From: Idiomarina loihiensis L2TR
Lineage (GTDB): Bacteria > Pseudomonadota > Gammaproteobacteria > Enterobacterales > Alteromonadaceae
DNA length: 32,000 nt
NCBI RefSeq assembly: GCF_000008465.1
Contig: NC_006512.1
Location: 1,440,001 to 1,472,000, forward strand
Direction: 5' to 3'
Each line of letters starts with the position of its first letter. Position 1 is the first letter of the stretch. A program made the translations under genes and the position numbers. The notes beneath the pieces are model-generated. The model was not told the DNA's origin. It saw only the letters and a list, made by a program, of their open reading frames with translations, and did not search any database. Shown in pieces: positions 1-7,812 of the stretch.

Positions 1-265
1 CTCTAGTGACAATAACCTTACACACACCGTTTTCAATGCCATCACAAGCGTTAAGGATACGCTGATGCAAAAAGTTAAAGTTTGGATGGTTTATAAATAA
101 ACGGGTATTAGCTTCAGACAGTCGGTTCAAATGTCGCTCTATATGCAAAGGCACACCTTGAACAACTCGTATGGTTGTAAAGTGCCCGTCACCGAACTGC
201 AGCCCTCTGTCTATTTCAGAACAATGGAAAGGCGTATTATTAAGTAGTATTTTTCTTATTGTCAT
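1..265 (-). CDS. pabC: aminodeoxychorismate lyase PabC, N-terminal ~88 codons; the 3' end lies beyond the window start
   Basis: Hand translation of the minus strand from the ATG at 265 gives MTIRKILLNNTPFHCSEIDRGLQFGDGHFTTIRVVQGVPLHIERHLNRLSEA... The DRGLQFGDGHFTT motif and N-terminal length match E. coli PabC (DRATQFGDGCFTT). The frame stays open to position 1. It is not in the ORF track because it is truncated by the window edge. Confidence 0.75.
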   Translation of the reverse strand, partial: MTIRKILLNNTPFHCSEIDRGLQFGDGHFTTIRVVQGVPLHIERHLNRLSEANTRLFINHPNFNFLHQRILNACDGIENGVCKVIVTR

Positions 266-299
266 AACAAAAAAGGCGGAACCAATGGCTCCGCCTTTT
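266..299 (-). terminator. intrinsic terminator downstream of acpP
   Basis: Minus strand reads AAAAGGCGGAgccattggtTCCGCCTTTTTTGTT. The GC-rich stem pairs 275-280 with 290-295 and can be extended by A:T pairs. A U-tract follows, about 20 nt after the acpP stop codon. Confidence 0.75.
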
Positions 300-319
300 A
301 TATCACGTTCTACGACAAA

Positions 320-559
320 TTAGTCGTTAGAATGATTATTTACGTAATCGATAGCTGATTGAACTGTTTTAATTTTTTCAGCTTCTTCGTCTGGAATTTC
401 AGTTTCAAATTCTTCTTCCAAAGCCATTACCAGTTCAACTGTGTCTAAAGAATCAGCACCCAGGTCATTTTCAAATGACGCTTCAGGCTTAACTTCTTCT
501 TCTTTAACACCTAATTGTTCAACAATGATTTTTTTAACGCGTTCTTCAATAGTACTCAT
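320..559 (-). CDS. acpP: acyl carrier protein
   Basis: [23 protein letters not shown]...[20 protein letters not shown] is near-identical to E. coli AcpP and includes the DSL phosphopantetheine site. The start was trimmed from the track ORF (577) to the conserved MSTIEE at 559. GAGGGA lies upstream as a ribosome-binding site. Confidence 0.97.
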   Translation of the reverse strand: MSTIEERVKKIIVEQLGVKEEEVKPEASFENDLGADSLDTVELVMALEEEFETEIPDEEAEKIKTVQSAIDYVNNHSND

Positions 560-677
560 GATTATAAAATCCCTCAATAGTCATCGCGAGAGTGAAAATT
601 GGCTGTAGTGTAGTGAAACCAGCCTCATTAATAAAGTAAAAAATAGCATAAAGTTAAGAGGTCGTACCGCTAACCCC

Positions 678-1415
678 TTAAACCATCGCCATACCACCAT
701 TAACGTGAATGGTTTCACCAGTGATATAAGCTGCACCTTCTGATGCTAAAAATGCTACCGCAGCAGCAATTTCCTTTGGCTCGCCTAAACGTGCTGCCGG
801 AATATTATCAAAAATAGCCTGTTTTTGCTCATCATTCAGAGCTTTTGTCATATCTGTATCAATAAAGCCAGGCGCAACACAGTTCACGGTAATGCCGCGC
901 GCTGCAACTTCTTTAGCCATTGCCTTACTGAAACCAACCAGTCCGGCTTTCGCCGCACAATAGTTAACCTGCCCCGGGTTTCCTGTTGTGCCAACAACTG
1001 AACTGATATTAATAATACGGCCATTACGCCGCTTCATCATGCCGCGTACAACCGCCTTACAAACTTTAAATACGGCTGACAAGTTCGTGTTTAAGACAGC
1101 ATCCCATTCGTCGTCTTTCATTCGCATCATCAGGTTATCGCGGGTAATGCCGGCGTTATTCACCAGAATATCAATAGAACCGTACTCTGATTCAATCTCT
1201 TTAATAACCTGCTGCAGACTATCAGAATCGGTTACATCCAACGCCAGGCCCTTGCCTTTTGAACCAAGATATTCGGAGATTGCAGCTGCACCTTTATCAG
1301 AGGTCGCTGTACCAATGACTTTCGCTCCCTGACTAGCAAGCAGTTCAGCTATTGCTTTTCCTATTCCCCGGCTTGCGCCTGTAACTAATGCGACTTTATT
1401 TTCAAAGTTTTGCAC
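678..1415 (-). CDS. fabG: 3-oxoacyl-ACP reductase
   Basis: 245 aa short-chain dehydrogenase with VALVTGASRGIGKAIA (NADP-binding TGxxxGIG) and a YCAAK active site. It sits between fabD and acpP as in the canonical fab cluster. The start codon at 1413-1415 is GTG. Confidence 0.95.
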   Translation of the reverse strand: MQNFENKVALVTGASRGIGKAIAELLASQGAKVIGTATSDKGAAAISEYLGSKGKGLALDVTDSDSLQQVIKEIESEYGSIDILVNNAGITRDNLMMRMKDDEWDAVLNTNLSAVFKVCKAVVRGMMKRRNGRIINISSVVGTTGNPGQVNYCAAKAGLVGFSKAMAKEVAARGITVNCVAPGFIDTDMTKALNDEQKQAIFDNIPAARLGEPKEIAAAVAFLASEGAAYITGETIHVNGGMAMV

Positions 1416-1431
1416 GTAAATAACCTTTTTA

Positions 1432-2352
1432 TTAAAGTGAGTTCAAAGAGTCTAGCGTATTCAACGCACTACAACCAAAAGCCTTAGTAATACGCTTGTT
1501 TAATCCAGTCAGTACTTTTCCCGGACCAACTTCATAGGCTGTTTCGACATCCAATTTCGCAATCTGTTCAATCGTTTCAGTCCAGCGGACAGGGCGATAG
1601 AGCTGACGCACCAAGGCATCTTTAATGGCATCTTCGCTATCGGCTATTGCAACGTCCACATTATTAATGACCGGGGTGTGTGGCTGTTTCAACTTTATCG
1701 ACTTTAACGCGTCGGCCAATTGACTGGCTGCTGGCTGCATCAAAGCACAGTGTGACGGCACGCTAACAGGTAATGGCAAAACCCGTTTAGCCCCGGCTTC
1801 CTTTAAAGCTTCTGCAGCGCGAGCTACGGCGTCTGCATGTCCTGCTATAACCACCTGCCCCGGCGAATTATAATTAACCGGAGTTACTATTTGTTCTCCT
1901 GCCTGCTCTAAACAAATTTTTTCAATTTCGGCATCTTCCAGGCCAATAACCGCGGCCATAGCGCCTTCACCTTCGGCTACGGCTTGCTGCATAAACTCGC
2001 CGCGCAGGGCTACAAGTTTAACCGCGTCAGTAAATTCTAATGCTCCGGCACATACTAGCGCTGAATACTCACCCAGACTATGCCCGGCCATAACGGTAAC
2101 GTCGGCCAACCCTTTCTCTTTAGCTACACGGTATAGTGCAACGCTGGCAGTTAATAACGCAGGCTGTGTCCGTTGCGTTTCATTCAACTGCTGCTCAGGT
2201 CCCTGTTGTACCAACTGCCAAAGGTCATAACCCAAAACACTGCTGGCCTCTGCGAATGTTTCTTTCACTAATGCAAAATCATTCGACAATTCACTTAACA
2301 TGCCAACGCTTTGAGAGCCTTGCCCCGGAAATAACAATGCCGTTTTAGTCAT
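1432..2352 (-). CDS. fabD: malonyl-CoA:ACP transacylase
   Basis: MTKTALLFPGQGSQSVGML... with the GHSLGEYSA active-site serine motif. The start was trimmed from the track ORF (2406) to the conserved MTKTALLFPGQGSQ start at 2352, which removes the overlap with fabH. Confidence 0.95.
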   Translation of the reverse strand: MTKTALLFPGQGSQSVGMLSELSNDFALVKETFAEASSVLGYDLWQLVQQGPEQQLNETQRTQPALLTASVALYRVAKEKGLADVTVMAGHSLGEYSALVCAGALEFTDAVKLVALRGEFMQQAVAEGEGAMAAVIGLEDAEIEKICLEQAGEQIVTPVNYNSPGQVVIAGHADAVARAAEALKEAGAKRVLPLPVSVPSHCALMQPAASQLADALKSIKLKQPHTPVINNVDVAIADSEDAIKDALVRQLYRPVRWTETIEQIAKLDVETAYEVGPGKVLTGLNKRITKAFGCSALNTLDSLNSL

Positions 2353-2362
2353 AATCATCCTC

Positions 2363-3325
2363 TTAATATTGAACGAGCGCCGAACCCCATGCAAAACCGC
2401 CGCCAAAAGCCTCTAGCAAGAGTTTCTGACCACGCTTAATACGTCCGTCCTTAACCGCCCAATCAAGTGCAATTGGTACCGATGCCGCAGAAGTATTCCC
2501 TGTTGCGTCCAGAGTAATTACCACGCGCTCCATCGGTATCTGTAATTTTTTCGCTGTTGCATTAATAATACGTAAATTTGCCTGATGCGGAATCAACCAG
2601 TCTAAATCATGCGCCTGTAATTGATTCTCCGCTAAAGTTTCGGTCACTAAACTACTGAGTTTTGAAACCGCAACTTTAAAAACTTCGTTACCTTTCATGT
2701 ACATCCAGGCGTTCTCTGTGCCGCGGTCTGACGCTCTGGAGGCTTGTTTGGCTCCTAATAAGTGACTGTATTCGCCTGCACTAAATAGATGAGTGGAGAT
2801 AATTCCGGGAGTGTCACTTTGTTCCAGGACAACGGCTCCGCCACCATCACCAAAAAGCACCACGGTATTGCGATCATTAGGATCACATAAACGCGCCAAT
2901 ACATCAGTACCAATAACCAGAACACGTTGATGTTGCCCGCTTTTAATAAATTGGTCAGCGACAGAAAGCGCATAAATAAAGCCAGAGCATGCTGCTCCAA
3001 CGTCGAAAGCCGGAACCGACGTAATGCCCAGCATTCGTTGAATTTCACAGGCCGCACTAGGAAAAGCGTGCTCGGCCGATGTGGTCGCCACCACAATCAT
3101 ATCGATATCGCGGGGGCTTAAACCGGCGGCAGCCAGTGCTTCTTTTGCCGCTTCATAACCTACAGTCGCTGCGGTTTCATTAGGTGCCGCAATGCGCCGT
3201 TCTTTAATACCGGTTCTTTCTGTTATCCATTCGTCAGACGTGTCAACCCGCTGGGAGAGTTCTTCATTAGTAAGCCGTTGCTCGGGCAGATAGTGCCCGG
3301 TACCAACAATTTTTGCATAAGTCAT
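2363..3325 (-). CDS. fabH: 3-oxoacyl-ACP synthase III (KAS III)
   Basis: [16 protein letters not shown]..., an active-site Cys in AACSGF, and a C-terminal [11 protein letters not shown]. The start was trimmed from the track ORF (3433) to the conserved MTYAKI at 3325. The longer ORF would overlap plsX by about 90 nt. Confidence 0.93.
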   Translation of the reverse strand: MTYAKIVGTGHYLPEQRLTNEELSQRVDTSDEWITERTGIKERRIAAPNETAATVGYEAAKEALAAAGLSPRDIDMIVVATTSAEHAFPSAACEIQRMLGITSVPAFDVGAACSGFIYALSVADQFIKSGQHQRVLVIGTDVLARLCDPNDRNTVVLFGDGGGAVVLEQSDTPGIISTHLFSAGEYSHLLGAKQASRASDRGTENAWMYMKGNEVFKVAVSKLSSLVTETLAENQLQAHDLDWLIPHQANLRIINATAKKLQIPMERVVITLDATGNTSAASVPIALDWAVKDGRIKRGQKLLLEAFGGGFAWGSALVQY

Positions 3326-3341
3326 AGCGCTACTTAACTGA

Positions 3342-4367
3342 TTACAGCTGTTCTGATAAGACTGCTTCGACACGATGTTTAATTCGCTCAGGAAGCTGTT
3401 CATGCGCTTCTGCGACGGCTTGTTGAATTGCACTATAAAAAGCGCCGGCGCTAGCGCTACCGTGACTTTTTATCACGACATGGCGCAATCCTATCAGACT
3501 CGCACCATTGTAGTGGTCGGGCTTCAGCCTATCCCAGGACTTGTGCGTCCGTTTTTGTAAAAAACGAAAGAAAAAACGATAAAGCCAGTGCGAATTTAGT
3601 GTGTCCCGCATTTGATCGATAATGAATGTTGCCAGACCTTCGCAGCTTTTAAGTGCAACATTACCGACAAAACCATCACAAACCACAACATCAGCTCTGC
3701 CACTAAATAAATGATTACCTTCAATAAAACCAATGTAGTTTAGCTGCTCACATTGAGCGAGTCTGGCCGCTGCATTGCGCACAACATCATTACCTTTGAT
3801 GTCTTCTTCACCCATATTTAACAGGCTAATTTTAGGAGCTGGTACACCCGATAAATATTCAGCGGCCACAGCACCCATAACACCAAACTGAAACAAGGTT
3901 TCTGAATCACAGCTGGCATTAGCACCTAAATCAAGCAAATAAGATTTTCCGCCGGTTTGATTCGGCAAAGCCGTCATCAACGCCGGGCGCAACACGCCAG
4001 GAAGCGTTTTAAGTGTAAAGTAAGCATTAGTCATCAACGCGCCAGTATTGCCACCGCTTACCATTGCCTGACAATTACCGTCGGTTAGGCTTTGCAGCGC
4101 AACGCGCATGGAGGACTCAGGTTTACTACGCAGAGATTGGCCCGGTTTATCATCCATTTCGATAACTTGTTCTGCATGAACAAGATTTATGGAAGGATGC
4201 GAGCTTAAATTGAATTTATCGAGTAACGGGGTGAGTTGTTGCTCATGCCCGACAACGGTGAATTTAACATCGGGATACCGATGAACCGCTTTTTCCAGGG
4301 CTTCTATAACAATAGAGGGGCCGTTATCGCCCCCCATTGCATCAATCGCTATGTTCAGTTCAGGCAT
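3342..4367 (-). CDS. plsX: phosphate acyltransferase PlsX
   Basis: 341 aa starting [12 protein letters not shown], typical of PlsX. It occupies the canonical position between rpmF and fabH. Confidence 0.95.
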   Translation of the reverse strand: MPELNIAIDAMGGDNGPSIVIEALEKAVHRYPDVKFTVVGHEQQLTPLLDKFNLSSHPSINLVHAEQVIEMDDKPGQSLRSKPESSMRVALQSLTDGNCQAMVSGGNTGALMTNAYFTLKTLPGVLRPALMTALPNQTGGKSYLLDLGANASCDSETLFQFGVMGAVAAEYLSGVPAPKISLLNMGEEDIKGNDVVRNAAARLAQCEQLNYIGFIEGNHLFSGRADVVVCDGFVGNVALKSCEGLATFIIDQMRDTLNSHWLYRFFFRFLQKRTHKSWDRLKPDHYNGASLIGLRHVVIKSHGSASAGAFYSAIQQAVAEAHEQLPERIKHRVEAVLSEQL

Positions 4368-4375
4368 GGCCTGTC

Positions 4376-4546
4376 TTACTTGTTAACGACCTTACGACCC
4401 TTGTAATAACCGTCGGCTGTTACGTGGTGACGACGATGCGTCTCACCCGTAGTTGAGTCAACCGACAGTGTTGGGCCGTCTATTGCATCGTGTGAACGAC
4501 GCATGTCGCGTCTTGAACGACTTTTCTTACTTTTTTGAACAGCCAT
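4376..4546 (-). CDS. rpmF: 50S ribosomal protein L32
   Basis: Not in the ORF track (56 aa). Hand translation gives [56 protein letters not shown], which is close to E. coli L32. AGGAGA lies 7 nt upstream of the ATG. Confidence 0.95.
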   Translation of the reverse strand: MAVQKSKKSRSRRDMRRSHDAIDGPTLSVDSTTGETHRRHHVTADGYYKGRKVVNK

Positions 4547-4562
4547 TTACGCTATCTCCTGA

Positions 4563-5090
4563 TTATTTACGCTTCAATTCTTGCAATACGGCAAACGGGT
4601 TCTCAGACTCTTCAGCAGCTGATTCGTCAATTTCGCCCCACGTCATCGCATCACGATCCACCTGACATGCCTTAGCGTCGTGCTTAGGAACTATTGGCAT
4701 AGCCAGAATTAATTCGTCTTCAACAAGCCCATGCAGGTTAACTTCTCCAAAGTCGTTTACCTCAATAGCTTCATAGCTATCGGGAAAGTCATCTGCCACC
4801 TGTCGCTTAGTGACAGGAGCATACGCAAATTGCGCGAGAATATCAACATCCAGGGGCGTATTACAGCGTTCACAAAGTACTTTTACAGCAACTTTTGCTT
4901 TCCCTGTAAAATAACTAATGCCCTGCTCATCAATTCCAAACTCAACACTGGCCTCAGGATCGGGGCAAGGTTCTACCAAACTTTCCTGAAGTCTTGTTAA
5001 TGTTTTTCCAGGCACAACCCCATCATATGCCACTTTCTTGTTGGCACTTTTGACTGGGTCTACTGTTACGGGAATACGAACTTTTTGCAT
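4563..5090 (-). CDS. yceD: YceD/DUF177 family protein (large-subunit ribosome maturation factor)
   Basis: 175 aa with an acidic C-terminus and a CERC cysteine motif. It sits immediately upstream of rpmF-plsX, the conserved position in gammaproteobacteria. Confidence 0.85.
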   Translation of the reverse strand: MQKVRIPVTVDPVKSANKKVAYDGVVPGKTLTRLQESLVEPCPDPEASVEFGIDEQGISYFTGKAKVAVKVLCERCNTPLDVDILAQFAYAPVTKRQVADDFPDSYEAIEVNDFGEVNLHGLVEDELILAMPIVPKHDAKACQVDRDAMTWGEIDESAAEESENPFAVLQELKRK

Positions 5091-5141
5091 AGCGCGCGAA
5101 TGTTAACGAAGTTCCGCTTTACTGACAAGGGAAATCTGTCG

Positions 5142-5738
5142 TTAATCCTTATTTAGAGGGTTAATTCCGTGAGTTCTCAACATATCCAGTAAAGCGATAG
5201 CTGGTAACCCGATGAGTGTATTGGGGTCGTTGCCTTTTAAACCACTAAACAAACTGATCCCCAGCCCTTCGCTTTTGAAGCTGCCGGCACAATCAAAGGG
5301 GTTTTCAAGTTCAACGTAACGTTCTATTTCTTCGGCAGTCAATTGACGAAACTCAACTTCAAACGGCTCTACTCTTACTTCGCATTGTTGAGCCTCTGTA
5401 TTAAAAACAGCCAGCCCAGTATAAAAGGTTACCGTTTTGCCAATAAAGCTGGACAATTGTCGCACCGCATTTTCACGGTTGCCGGGTTTACCTAAAATAT
5501 TGCCATCACAAACAGCAACCTGGTCGGAACCAATAATAATAGCGTTATCGTAAGTCATTCTCTTCTCAACTGCCCGGGCTTTTGCTTCTGCTAAACGCCC
5601 CACTAACTGTTGTGGGCTTTCTGAGCTAATAGCACTCTCATCTATGTCCGGCTTCACAACATCGTAGTTCAAATGCAGTCTATCTAAAATTTCGCGACGG
5701 TACTTAGAACCTGATCCCAGAATTAATGGCAACGTCAT
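5142..5738 (-). CDS. yceF: Maf-family nucleoside triphosphate pyrophosphatase, YceF type
   Basis: 198 aa. The segments IIGSDQV..GKP, TFYTGLAVFN, CAGSFKSEGLGISLF and DPNTLIGLP align with my recollection of E. coli YceF. Confidence 0.85.
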   Translation of the reverse strand: MTLPLILGSGSKYRREILDRLHLNYDVVKPDIDESAISSESPQQLVGRLAEAKARAVEKRMTYDNAIIIGSDQVAVCDGNILGKPGNRENAVRQLSSFIGKTVTFYTGLAVFNTEAQQCEVRVEPFEVEFRQLTAEEIERYVELENPFDCAGSFKSEGLGISLFSGLKGNDPNTLIGLPAIALLDMLRTHGINPLNKD

Positions 5739-6397
5739 AATGTCTCCCTGACAAGTTTATTGCTGAGCTCTGAAAGCGAATCGATCACTATTGTAGCACC
5801 GGCTTCGCGCAAACGTTCAGCGTCATGCACGCCAAAACTTACACCAATTGCCTGTACACCAGCGGCAACCGCCATTTTCATATCGTGAACAGAGTCTCCA
5901 ACCATTACGGTGTGTTCAGGATGAGTTTTAAGTTCATTCATAATTTCATAAAGCATCTGGGGGTCAGGCTTACCTCTAGTTTCGCTGGCGCACCGCGAAG
6001 TATCAAAGTAATGTTCGGTTTCACTTTCCGCCCAGACTCGTTGTAATCCGCGCCGAGCCTTGCCCGTCGCAACGGCCAAACGATAACCGGCACTGGATAA
6101 CTGAGAAAGCACCGTTTTTGCATCGTGAAATAATGGCGACGGCGTTGTATTCAAGTCGACATATTCATCACGATACTGAGTCAAAAAACTATTCATTTGT
6201 GTCGCGTTAAGCACGCCGAACAGTTTCTCTATTGCGGGTTCAAGGCTTAAACCAATAATATCTCTGACTGAAACCTCGGTCGGAACGGGTAACCCCGTAT
6301 GCTGCGCTGTATTTTGCATAGATGACACAATTCGGCCAATGGAGTCCATTAAAGTGCCGTCCCAGTCAAACACCACAAGTCGCTTATCGTACATCAT
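5735..6397 (-). CDS. HAD-IA superfamily hydrolase/phosphatase, substrate unknown
   Basis: 220 aa with HAD motif I VVFDWDGTLMDS, motif II ATGK, and motif IV GDSVHD. Its stop overlaps the yceF start (ATGA). Confidence 0.7.
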   Translation of the reverse strand: MMYDKRLVVFDWDGTLMDSIGRIVSSMQNTAQHTGLPVPTEVSVRDIIGLSLEPAIEKLFGVLNATQMNSFLTQYRDEYVDLNTTPSPLFHDAKTVLSQLSSAGYRLAVATGKARRGLQRVWAESETEHYFDTSRCASETRGKPDPQMLYEIMNELKTHPEHTVMVGDSVHDMKMAVAAGVQAIGVSFGVHDAERLREAGATIVIDSLSELSNKLVRETL

Positions 6398-6412
6398 TAT
6401 AAGCTGTCCTTA

Positions 6413-7360
6413 TTATTGCGCCGTCAGCTGCTTTAAAGTTTGCTGTAAGTTGTCATCCAGAGGGGCTTCAAACGCCACTTCTTTTCCCGTAACAGGATGC
6501 AGAAAACGCAGCTGCCAGGCGTGCAAAAACAGTCGGTTTAACCCAAGCCTAGACATAGTGTTATCGAAATCTGTATCACCGTACTTAGGATCTTTCGCTA
6601 TAGGATGACCGGCGTGTAACGCGTGAACACGAATTTGATGGGTGCGGCCGGTAACTGGCGACGCTTCAACTAATGTCCCTTCCTTATATCTTTGCTGAAT
6701 TCTGAAACGAGTCAAAGAGGCTTTGCCTTCTGCATCAACGCGTACAATTCTCTCGCCGGATTTTAAGGTGTTCTTTTTTAACGGCGCCTCAACACTGCGA
6801 ACCCGTTTTTGCCATTGACCACGAACCAACGCCAGATATTGCTTATTCATTTCTTTGTTACGCAACTGTTCATGCAAACTTCTCAGCACTGAACGTTTTT
6901 TAGCAACCAGCAACAAGCCACTGGTGTCGCGATCTATTCGGTGAACCAGCTCTAAGCTTTTCTCTTTTGGCCGCAGCGCTCTTAAGCCTTCAATAAGACC
7001 GAACTGCAACCCGGAGCCGCCATGTACGGCGACTCCTGATGGTTTATTAATTAACATCAAAGCGTCATCTTCATAGAGGATCGCGTGCTCCAGAGCTGCA
7101 ACCTGCTCTAAATTAGCAGACGGAAGGTCAGGCCTTTCGTTCACTTTTACCGGAGGAATGCGAATGAGGTCACCTTCCTTTAACTTATAGTCCGGTTTTA
7201 TCCGCTTTTTATTCGCCCGCACTTCACCTTTACGAACAATTCGGTACACCAAAGACTTAGGTACACCGCGTAATTGCGCAATGAGAAAGTTATCTATTCG
7301 CTGCCCTGACTCTTCTGCAGAGACAGTATGCCAGCGTACTTCTTGTTGAATTGTTTTCAT
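6413..7360 (-). CDS. rluC: 23S rRNA pseudouridine synthase RluC (RluA family)
   Basis: 315 aa with an N-terminal S4 domain (GQRIDNFL...SLVYRIVRKGEVRAN) and the catalytic HRIDRDTSGLLL motif. It is divergent from rne, as in E. coli. Confidence 0.9.
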   Translation of the reverse strand: MKTIQQEVRWHTVSAEESGQRIDNFLIAQLRGVPKSLVYRIVRKGEVRANKKRIKPDYKLKEGDLIRIPPVKVNERPDLPSANLEQVAALEHAILYEDDALMLINKPSGVAVHGGSGLQFGLIEGLRALRPKEKSLELVHRIDRDTSGLLLVAKKRSVLRSLHEQLRNKEMNKQYLALVRGQWQKRVRSVEAPLKKNTLKSGERIVRVDAEGKASLTRFRIQQRYKEGTLVEASPVTGRTHQIRVHALHAGHPIAKDPKYGDTDFDNTMSRLGLNRLFLHAWQLRFLHPVTGKEVAFEAPLDDNLQQTLKQLTAQ

Positions 7361-7812
7361 GCCGCTATTTTACCATCATCTACAAGATTCAACAGCGAAA
7401 TTGTTGCTTGTATTTTCAGTGGTTTTCATGGAATAATTAGGTGTCAAAGTCCATCGAAGATGGCAGACGAAGAATATATTTCGCGCAATCGAAATAACAG
7501 AGCGACGCATTATCCACATCAGCGTACGGTTTTAAAGTCTAATGAAGTGACTAGCCGAGATGTTGATGGCACGGAGAAGAACACAGCACATTGAATACGC
7601 TTTGTTTCATAATCGATTGCAGACGTAAAATTTAGCGACAATATGACACCGAACAGTTGGTGTTATCGGCACAGTCAAACTCATTTTAGTTACACGTTGT
7701 AGATGACGGGTAACGCAGGTCCCAAAGGGCCTGCAGCGACAGACGAATTCGATAATTGCACGATCGCCATTGGGGCGTGTCATATTGTGGCCCAAAGAAT
7801 TGAGTCACAGTA
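7361..7812 (+). promoter_or_regulatory. rluC-rne divergent promoter region and long structured rne 5' leader
   Basis: A 452-bp non-coding spacer lies upstream of rne; E. coli rne has a ~360-nt autoregulatory 5' UTR. Seen here: a 12-bp long-range helix (7638-7649 ACAATATGACAC with 7777-7788 GTGTCATATTGT). It encloses local hairpins at 7646-7663 (ACACC..GGTGT) and 7715-7734 (GCAGGTCCcaaaGGGCCTGC). Upstream hairpins lie at 7451-7463 and 7478-7495. Confidence 0.5.

Noticed and set aside
988-3560. Antisense or out-of-frame ORFs within the fab genes: 988-1332 (+), 2136-2348 (+), 2755-3096 (-), 2927-3121 (+) and 3375-3560 (+).
   Set aside because: Each is fully embedded in a strongly supported conserved gene (fabG, fabD, fabH, plsX) and translates to low-complexity or unfamiliar sequence. 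These are typical shadow ORFs.
4453-4665. A 70-aa plus-strand ORF spanning the rpmF/yceD region.
   Set aside because: It is antisense to the hand-identified rpmF (L32) and to the 3' end of yceD. The L32 reading on the minus strand is unmistakable.
7328-7795. Two track ORFs in the rluC-rne spacer: 7328-7594 on the plus strand (88 aa) and 7607-7795 on the minus strand (62 aa).
   Set aside because: The first begins inside rluC on the opposite strand. Neither has a convincing ribosome-binding site or a recognisable protein family. The region is better explained as a structured rne 5' UTR.
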